This document shows positions 1-9,038 of a stretch of 52,663 nt of DNA, in pieces. Under the pieces are notes generated by a model, which had not been told where the DNA came from, made no database searches, and was given only the letters and a program-made list of their open reading frames with translations. The position numbers and the translations under genes were made by a program. This stretch comes from Desulfurella sp. (lineage in GTDB: Bacteria > Campylobacterota_A > Desulfurellia > Desulfurellales > Desulfurellaceae). Within the stretch, counting starts at the first letter, position 1; each line of letters opens with the position of its first letter. The stretch is taken from contig JAVRLY010000001.1 of assembly GCA_031960885.1 (NCBI GenBank), forward strand, positions 1 through 52,663, written 5' to 3'.

Positions 1-309
1 AATACAGTAAAACAACTCATCGTTTTGATAATGTTTTTTAAGCAAGTCAATTGTATCTACTGTATAGCTTATTTCTTTTGAGTTTATTTCTATATCGCTT
101 ACTTCAAAATCTTTTAGACCTGCAATACTTACGCTTACCATATCATATCTGTCTTTTGCGCTTAAGGCTAAATTTTTTTTATGTGGTGGCACACCTGTTG
201 GTATAAATATGAATTTATCAATAAAAAAATAATCCTTTATTTCTATTGCACTAATTAAATGGCCAATATGTATCGGGTTAAAAGTGCCACCAAAAAAAGC
301 TACCCTCAT
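1..309 (-). CDS. nadD: Nicotinate-nucleotide adenylyltransferase (3' end runs off the window)
   Basis: Manual translation from ATG at 309: MRVAFFGGTFNPIHIGHL (HIGH motif) ... FIPTGVPPHK; start overlaps the proA stop (ATGA). Confidence 0.93.
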   Translation of the reverse strand, partial: MRVAFFGGTFNPIHIGHLISAIEIKDYFFIDKFIFIPTGVPPHKKNLALSAKDRYDMVSVSIAGLKDFEVSDIEINSKEISYTVDTIDLLKKHYQNDELFYCI

Positions 310-1531
310 TGTCTAATTTGACCACTTCCCCTAATTTTGTATTTGTATGTTGTTAGCTCTTCTAATGCCATGGGGCCTCTTGCGTGTAATTTAGATGTGC
401 TTATGCCAATTTCTGCTCCAAAACCAAACTCCCCCCCATCACTAAATCGTGTAGAAGCATTAACATACACACATGCTGCATCGACTAAGTTTAAAAACAT
501 TTCTGCGTTTGAATAATTTTGCGTAACAATTGCTTCTGAATGTTTAGAACCATATTGATTAATATGCTCAATGGCTTCTTTTGTGTCGTTAACGATTTTT
601 ATTGATAGTATGTAATCTAAATACTCAGTTTCCCAATCTTGGTGTGTGGCTTTCTTAATATGCGGTAGAATTTTCAGTGTTTCTTCGCAACCTCTCAACT
701 CAACAATATTTTCTAATTTTTCAAATAATTTGGGCAAGTATTTAGCAGCTATGTTTTTGTGGACTAATAATGTTTCAATTGCATTGCAAACAGATGGCCT
801 TTGAACTTTTGCATTATAAGCAATATCAAGTGCCATATCAATGTCAGCGCTTTCATCAACATACAGATGACACAAGCCTTTATAATGCTGTATGACTGGT
901 ACTGTAGCATTTTTTGAGATATGCGTAATTAAAGACTCGCCGCCTCTTGGTATAAGCAAATCAATATATTTATCCATTTTTATAAGGTAATTAATTGCTT
1001 CTCTTTCAGTTTTGTCTACAAATGTCAAAAAATCTGGGTTTACATTGTATGAGTTTAGAGCATCTCTAATCAATGAACTTAAATATTTATTTGTATTAAA
1101 TGCTTCTTTGCCGCCTCTTAATATGCACGCATTTGAACTTTTAAAACACAAAGCAAATGCATCAACTGTAACATTTGGCCTTGCTTCGTATATAATAGCT
1201 ATAACGCCAATTGGCACACGCACTTTTTCTATATCTAAGCCATTTTTTAGTCTCCATCCCTTAATTGTCTCTCCAACGGGACTTTTAAGATTTATTATGG
1301 TTTTTATTGATTCAATCATTGAATTGATTCTTGCTTCGTTAAGCGTGAGCCTATCAGTCAATGCCTTTGATAGGTTGCTTGAGCGTATATCTTTTAAATT
1401 TTCTTCTATGATTTTGTCTTTATTATTTTGTATGTTAATTGCAATTTTTTCTAAAATTGCAATTATAGTTGCCTCACTTATAGGAATTTGCGATGCTTTT
1501 TTTGCTTTTTGACACAAGGCTTCAATGTAAT

Positions 1532-1538
<7 letters not shown>
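306..1538 (-). CDS. proA: Gamma-glutamyl phosphate reductase
   Basis: VPIGVIAIIYEARPNVT, SVCNAIETLL, FGFGAEIGISTSKLHARGPM motifs; adjacent to proB. Confidence 0.97.
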
Positions 1539-3865
<2,327 letters not shown>

Positions 3866-3910
3866 TTTTGCCTCCTAATCAATTTTAAAACTACATATTC
3901 TAAAATTACT

Positions 3911-4210
3911 TTAAGCTAGTATTTGTGTGATTTTAACTTGTGTAAAGTGTTGCCTATGACCGATTTTTTTCTTAAAACCTTTTCTTCTTTTAAATTTGAA
4001 AACTATAATTTTTTTTGCTTTACCCTGAACAACAACAGTTGCTTTTACTTTTGCATTTTCTACATAAGGATTTCCTACAATATCGTTGACCATGAGAACT
4101 TTATCAAACTCAACTTCATCACCTTTTAGTGCGTCGAGTTTTTCTACTCTCAATATATCTCCTTCTTTTACAATATATTGTTTTGAACCAGTTTCAACTA
4201 CAGCAAACAT
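3911..4210 (-). CDS. rplU: 50S ribosomal protein L21
   Basis: [18 protein letters not shown]...GHRQHFT; start moved to ATG 4210, which follows an AGGAGG RBS. Confidence 0.98.
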   Translation of the reverse strand: MFAVVETGSKQYIVKEGDILRVEKLDALKGDEVEFDKVLMVNDIVGNPYVENAKVKATVVVQGKAKKIIVFKFKRRKGFKKKIGHRQHFTQVKITQILA

Positions 4211-4239
4211 AAATTGCCTCCTTTTAATATCGACCATTA

Positions 4240-4268
4240 TTTTTACTAAATTTGCTATTTTTTGTCAA
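4240..4268 (-). promoter_or_regulatory. Sigma70-type promoter for rplU-rpmA-obgE
   Basis: TTGACA-N17-TAAAAA on the minus strand. Confidence 0.6.
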
Positions 4269-4275
4269 CAAAATA

Positions 4276-4554
4276 CTAATCTATTAAATCTTTGATAAAT
4301 TGCTTACCAATTTGACTCAATTGATAATATGTATGGTTTCTATGTTTTGTTATTTTTGTTTTACTATTAATTTTGTATTTTGTTAATCGAGAATTTATTT
4401 TTTCTAAATATCCCAACTCAAATAATTTTTTGTGTACTTCAAAAGCTTTTTGTAATGGAATATGTAAAACTCTTGATAAAGATTTAGAGTAATCGCAACC
4501 TTTGTGTTTATGATATTTTAAAACTGCTATTTCTAAATCGTCGAGCTTACACAC
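4276..4554 (-). CDS. Small basic winged-helix protein, DUF2250-like
   Basis: DYSKSLSR helix-turn-helix-like segment, LGYLEK, and C-terminal KHRNHTYYQLSQIG typical of DUF2250. Confidence 0.65.
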   Translation of the reverse strand: MCKLDDLEIAVLKYHKHKGCDYSKSLSRVLHIPLQKAFEVHKKLFELGYLEKINSRLTKYKINSKTKITKHRNHTYYQLSQIGKQFIKDLID

Positions 4555-5098
4555 CTAACTGGTCTGAAATTTTGTTTAGCGATTGGATTAAAAAGTCGAT
4601 ATGTTCGTCTAATTCCATACCTAGCTCTTTTGCTGAGTTATATATATCATCTCTGTTAACACTTTTTGCAAATGCTTTATCTTTTAATTTTTTTCTAACG
4701 CTTTTTACTGTTAGACTCTTAATTTTTTTGTCTGGCATAACATAAGCACATGCCAAAATAAAACCACACAATTCATCTGTGGCAAATAATGTTTTTGCCA
4801 TTAATGTATCTCTTTCTGTGTTAGTATAAGTGGCATGGCCCAAAATAGCTTTTATAACATCTTCTGGGTATTGTTTTTGTCTTAAGATTTCTGCACCTTT
4901 ATAAGGATGGTTTTCTTTTGTCGGGTATTTTTCATAATCGAAATCATGAAGCAAACCAACTATCGCCCACTTTGTTTCATCTTCGCCAAATTTTTTAGCA
5001 TAAGATTTCATAGCTTGTTCTACTGCCAATGCATGCTTTATTAATGATTCTGATTTGGTATACTCACACAATAGTTTAAAACTTTCTTCTCTATCCAC
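4547..5098 (-). CDS. HD/HDIG-domain metal-dependent phosphohydrolase
   Basis: KHALAVE, GLLHDFDYE, ILGH, DELCG, KKLKDKAFA; GTG start. Confidence 0.9.
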   Translation of the reverse strand: MDREESFKLLCEYTKSESLIKHALAVEQAMKSYAKKFGEDETKWAIVGLLHDFDYEKYPTKENHPYKGAEILRQKQYPEDVIKAILGHATYTNTERDTLMAKTLFATDELCGFILACAYVMPDKKIKSLTVKSVRKKLKDKAFAKSVNRDDIYNSAKELGMELDEHIDFLIQSLNKISDQLGV

Positions 5099-5114
5099 TT
5101 GTAAACCCCCATCT

Positions 5115-5152
5115 TTGATTTATAGGGAAGCTTAAGCTTCCCTATAAATCAA
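5115..5152. terminator. Perfect 38-bp palindrome at the cydB stop; probable terminator or mRNA-stabilising hairpin
   Basis: TTGATTTATAGGGAAGCTT/AAGCTTCCCTATAAATCAA, 19-bp arms; no long U-tract. Confidence 0.6.
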
Positions 5153-6156
5153 TAGCCTTCTTCAATTTTTGTTTTACCGTGGAATATTCTATACGAATAA
5201 ATTGTATAAATCAACACTAAAGGCATGCCTATTAGAGCAATAATTAGCATAGTTTCAAGTGTAAGCTGTGATGAAGAGGCATTGTATATAGTTAGACTAT
5301 AGGCAGGATTTTTGGCAATTATTAAATTAGGAAAAATACTTAAGTAGGCAGTTAAAATAATTGTTGCAATTGATAGTGAACTTGCTATTATTGCGCAAAG
5401 CGGTTGATTTCTTTGAATTCTAATAATGGATGCAAGCATAAATATAAGCGCAAGAATAGGTATAGCAAACATTATTGGATGTGCTACATAATTATTAAAG
5501 AGATTCTCGTGTATTATGTAAGTTAAAAGTGTACACAACAAAAATAAAATAAAATATCCGCTCCAATAGACCTTTGCCCAATTTTTAACTTTTTGCTGAA
5601 ATTCTCCTTCAGTTTTCAAAAAAAGCCACACAGTGCCTTGATACGATAGCATAAAGAAAGCTAAAACACCAACTAAAATTGAATAGGGATTTAAAAGATT
5701 AAAAAACGTACCTATAAAGTTGCCATTTTTATCTAAATCCAGACCAGATAACACATTGCCTACTGCTACTCCAAATAAAACAATTGCAATTATGCTTGAT
5801 ATAGAAAAAATCCAGTCAAACAAAGTTTTAGTTGATTCAGATTGAAAATGATTCCTAAGCTCTAATGATACAGCTCTAAAAATTAGTGCAAACAATAGCA
5901 AAATGAAAGCAAGGTAAAAACCACTAAAAACTGTTGCATAAACATACGGAAAGGCTGCAAACAAGGCACCCCCACCAGTTACTAGCCATACTTCATTGCC
6001 GTCCCATACAGGAGCAATAGAATTTCGTGCGATGTCGCGCTCTTGAAATTTTGCAAATAAGTATACTGATCCTACACCTAAATCAAAACCATCCAATATA
6101 GCATATCCTATGATTAATATGCCAACAAGAAGAAACCATATTACATTAAGATCCAT
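5149..6156 (-). CDS. cydB: Cytochrome bd ubiquinol oxidase subunit II
   Basis: YAILDGFDLGVG, PVWDGNEVWL, GGALFAAFP motifs. Confidence 0.98.
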   Translation of the reverse strand: MDLNVIWFLLVGILIIGYAILDGFDLGVGSVYLFAKFQERDIARNSIAPVWDGNEVWLVTGGGALFAAFPYVYATVFSGFYLAFILLLFALIFRAVSLELRNHFQSESTKTLFDWIFSISSIIAIVLFGVAVGNVLSGLDLDKNGNFIGTFFNLLNPYSILVGVLAFFMLSYQGTVWLFLKTEGEFQQKVKNWAKVYWSGYFILFLLCTLLTYIIHENLFNNYVAHPIMFAIPILALIFMLASIIRIQRNQPLCAIIASSLSIATIILTAYLSIFPNLIIAKNPAYSLTIYNASSSQLTLETMLIIALIGMPLVLIYTIYSYRIFHGKTKIEEGY

Positions 6157-6168
6157 GTTGGGCCTCCT

Positions 6169-7476
6169 TTAGTCCATCTTAAATGTTTTTACGGTATGTA
6201 TGGTTAAATATAAAAATGTTCCAAACAACACCGCATAAACTAACGTAAAGCCAATTAACGAAAACAATACATCTCCAGCTGGCAGCGGGCTAAAAGCATC
6301 TTTTGTTCTAAGCAAACCATAAACTGCCCACGGTTGTCGTCCTACTTCTGTCGTTATCCAGCCCAATTCATTTGCTATATATGGCAATGGTATAAAAAAC
6401 CACAAAGCAGTTAAAAATGGTTTAGTTGTGTAGAGTTTTTTCTTATAAAGCAGATATACGCCTACCAAGAAAGTCAATATAAATAGTGTGCCCAAAGCTA
6501 CCATTAAGTGAAATGAGTAAAATGTAAGCGCCATAGGAGGTAAGTCATTTTTTGGAAATGCATCTATACCTTTTACAACTGAATTGAAATTGTGATCGGC
6601 TAAAAAACTTAAAGCACCGGGTATACCTACTTCCACTAACATTTTGTTTTGTGAAGGATCAGGTATGCCAAATACTAACAATGGCGCTTTGCTTTGTGTT
6701 TTAAATAAACCTTCAAAAGACGCTAATTTTTCTGGTTGGGTTTTTGCAACGACCCTTGCACTTTCATCGCCAAATGGAAATAGCTGTAAAATTGACACAA
6801 CTACGCCAAAAATCAAAGCAAGCTTTAAAGACCTTTTTGCTAATTCTAAATTTTTTCCCTTAATCAAAAAGTATGCGCTAATACCAGACATAAACATAGC
6901 GCCAGTAATAAAAGAAGCATCAACAGTGTGCAAAAACATTGATGGCATAGTGGGGTTAAAAACAACATGCCAGAAATTAGTCAAAACAGCTCTACCGCCT
7001 TCTACTTTAAAACCAGCGGGCGTTTGCATCCAAGAATTTGCAATGAGTATCCAAAGCGCTGACAAAGTAGATCCAAAAGCAACCATTAGAAACGAAAAAA
7101 ATCTCATGAACCTGGATAGTCTATTTTTGCCAACAAGATACAAGCCCAAAAACGTACTTTCTAAGAAAAATGCAAAAATGCCTTCTGCAGCAAGTGGTGC
7201 TCCAAAAATGTTTCCAACAAATCTGGAGTAATTTGACCAGTTTGTACCGAATTCAAACTCCATTACAATACCTGTTGCCACGCCTATCACAAAGTTAATA
7301 GCAAAGAGTTTTGCCCAAAAATCCGCCATTTTTTTGTAGATTTCATCGTTGGTTTTAAAATACATATATTCAATAATTGCAATAAGCACGCCCAAGCCTA
7401 TCGTTAATGGCGGATAAATAAAGTGAAAGCCAGCAGTAACACCAAACTGGATCCTTGATAATAACTCTGCATCCAT
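6169..7476 (-). CDS. cydA: Cytochrome bd ubiquinol oxidase subunit I (short Q-loop type)
   Basis: FHFIYPPLTIG, GVATGIVMEFEFGTNW, ANSWMQTP, QPEKLA, GWITTEVGRQPW. Confidence 0.98.
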   Translation of the reverse strand: MDAELLSRIQFGVTAGFHFIYPPLTIGLGVLIAIIEYMYFKTNDEIYKKMADFWAKLFAINFVIGVATGIVMEFEFGTNWSNYSRFVGNIFGAPLAAEGIFAFFLESTFLGLYLVGKNRLSRFMRFFSFLMVAFGSTLSALWILIANSWMQTPAGFKVEGGRAVLTNFWHVVFNPTMPSMFLHTVDASFITGAMFMSGISAYFLIKGKNLELAKRSLKLALIFGVVVSILQLFPFGDESARVVAKTQPEKLASFEGLFKTQSKAPLLVFGIPDPSQNKMLVEVGIPGALSFLADHNFNSVVKGIDAFPKNDLPPMALTFYSFHLMVALGTLFILTFLVGVYLLYKKKLYTTKPFLTALWFFIPLPYIANELGWITTEVGRQPWAVYGLLRTKDAFSPLPAGDVLFSLIGFTLVYAVLFGTFLYLTIHTVKTFKMD

Positions 7477-7488
7477 AAACCCTACCTC

Positions 7489-7893
7489 CTAAAGATTAAA
7501 TATTACATCTTTTAATTTTATCTCGCTCAAGGTTTTGTTTATACAAAATTCTAATTTTTGGAGATTATATGTGAAAGAACAATAGGGGTTAAGCTCGCAT
7601 GCGTTAGGATCTTCTGTACATAAATTTACAGGTTTATAAGCATCAAATTCTTTAATAATATCAAGAATACTAATCTTGTTTGTATCTAAGTCTTTATTGA
7701 ACTGAACATGGCCGCCTCTACCTCGTATGGATAACAAGTAACCTTTTCTTACAAGTTTATTGACAATTTTATGCGCAAAGGGTTTTGGTATAAATAAAAT
7801 ACTGCTAATTTCATCCACAGTAGCGCTTTCTATGTTTGATAACAAGCTCAAAACTCTAATTGTATAATCTAATTCACGAGAAATAATATTCAT
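7489..7893 (-). CDS. Rrf2-family transcriptional regulator, probably Fe-S binding
   Basis: MNIISRELDYTIR, SIRGRGG wing, three Cys (NLCTEDPNACELNPYC); start set at ATG 7893. Confidence 0.88.
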   Translation of the reverse strand: MNIISRELDYTIRVLSLLSNIESATVDEISSILFIPKPFAHKIVNKLVRKGYLLSIRGRGGHVQFNKDLDTNKISILDIIKEFDAYKPVNLCTEDPNACELNPYCSFTYNLQKLEFCINKTLSEIKLKDVIFNL

Positions 7894-7900
7894 ATCTAAT

Positions 7901-7929
7901 AATATAAAAAATATAACAAAAAAAGTCAA
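7901..7929 (-). promoter_or_regulatory. Sigma70 promoter for rrf2-cydAB; -10 lies 7 nt before the ATG (leaderless-type)
   Basis: TTGACT-N17-TATATT-N7-ATG; no Shine-Dalgarno sequence. Confidence 0.65.
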
Positions 7930-8211
7930 GTTAAAAATATCAAAAATTTGTAAATTGATTTGTAATAATTAAAATTCAACATGTAATAATTATTTAATTT
8001 TAATTTAATAATATTATTAGTATCAATTAAATAAATTTTATGAAAAGCCTTACGTTTAAAATAATTACTAATTGTTTTTTTATTAGAATTACTAATTGTA
8101 TATTTATCTAAATATTAATTTTTTTTCTTGACAAATGAAATAATTATACTAAATTATATAATGATAAAGTTATTAAAGTTACAAAGTTATTAAGTAAATT
8201 TTATTTAGGAG

Positions 8212-8874
8212 GTGACTCAATATGAGTCGAACAAGTTTTTTGCTGAATGGTTTCTTATGTTCTTTCTGTCATTAGCAGGTTTGTCTGTGTTTTGTGACTA
8301 TGCTTGCGCAGCTTCAAGCACACCGCAGCCTGTTGGAAAATGGATAGCTCCAATAATTTTTTTAGGTGCATTTGCTTTGCTATTTCAAGGTTTTATGCAT
8401 CTAGACCCTCAAAGAAAAAAAGCAAATGAAAAGACAGTTGGAGTTATCACTCTAGTTGTTGGTTTAATGTGGTGGCCTTTTTTGATTGCAATGATTTATG
8501 CACAAGGACTTGGACCCATTACAAATTTCGTTACTGGTTTAGCCGGCATGTATGCATTTTTCTTTATAGTTTTAGGTATACTTGAAATATTTTCTCTACC
8601 TAAAAAATCTTTAGGTGGAATAGCGATTTTAATTGGCTGGTTAACTTTTGCTTATGCTATGTTTTGGTTGCTAAACGGGTTAAAAGTGAGCTGGGTTTAT
8701 CACTTTTCTATAGCTTTTGTATGGTTTGTGGCAATGAATTTAGCAGGTTTATTGATGCAAGGTAGAATGAACGAAAAATTAGTTGGGTGGGTAGTAACTT
8801 TTGCTGCTTTATATACATTTGCAATCCCAGCAATGTTATGGTCAATGCCTGCAGGAATGCAAGGCCCATTTTAA
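8212..8874 (+). CDS. AmiS/UreI-family six-TM channel-like protein with an N-terminal signal-like extension (start uncertain)
   Basis: Six hydrophobic segments after a possible signal peptide (..YACA/ASS). Helix pattern KTVGVITLVVG, GLAGMYAFFFIVLGILEIFSLPKKSLG, FVWF, LVGW...YTFAIPAML parallels UreI KSTAVMNFFVG, GLLFGFTYLY..INHTFGLDWRPYSW, LAWG, FTPW..LTAWIPAWL, compared by eye. Confidence 0.6.
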   Translation: MTQYESNKFFAEWFLMFFLSLAGLSVFCDYACAASSTPQPVGKWIAPIIFLGAFALLFQGFMHLDPQRKKANEKTVGVITLVVGLMWWPFLIAMIYAQGLGPITNFVTGLAGMYAFFFIVLGILEIFSLPKKSLGGIAILIGWLTFAYAMFWLLNGLKVSWVYHFSIAFVWFVAMNLAGLLMQGRMNEKLVGWVVTFAALYTFAIPAMLWSMPAGMQGPF

Positions 8875-8889
8875 AAAGAAGGAGTATGT

Positions 8890-8976
8890 ATGAGTTTAGT
8901 AAGTTACTTGATAGGTTGCATTATTATTGGCTGGTTATTTGCATTGTTTGTATGGATTACGCCAGATAAACAATAA
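8890..8976 (+). CDS. Unannotated 28-aa single-pass membrane peptide MSLVSYLIGCIIIGWLFALFVWITPDKQ
   Basis: AAGGAG RBS at 8879-8884, ATG at 8890, one hydrophobic helix with a charged tail, stop directly before a hairpin. Confidence 0.65.
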   Translation: MSLVSYLIGCIIIGWLFALFVWITPDKQ

Positions 8977-8980
8977 AAAA

Positions 8981-8997
8981 GGGGCTTCCAAAGCCCC
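8981..8997 (+). terminator. Hairpin ending the channel/peptide unit
   Basis: GGGGCTT-CCA-AAGCCCC with an A-tract before and an AT-rich tail after. Confidence 0.65.
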
Positions 8998-9003
8998 TAA
9001 TAT

Positions 9004-9032
9004 TTGACTAAAAAAAGATAATGTGTTAAAAA
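9004..9032 (+). promoter_or_regulatory. Sigma70 promoter with extended -10, 6 nt before ATG 9039 (leaderless-type)
   Basis: TTGACT-N17-TAAAAA with TG at the extended position; no RBS. Confidence 0.55.
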
Positions 9033-9038
9033 ATATTT

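Noticed and set aside
8166-8195. Tandem AAAGTTA units as a possible CRISPR or iteron array
   Set aside because: Units are 7-9 bp with no spacers, and no cas or rep gene is present.
8787-8969. 60-aa track ORF overlapping the channel gene end
   Set aside because: Its internal ATG at 8886 is only 1 nt from the SD; the frame starting at 8890 has proper spacing and a clean TM helix.
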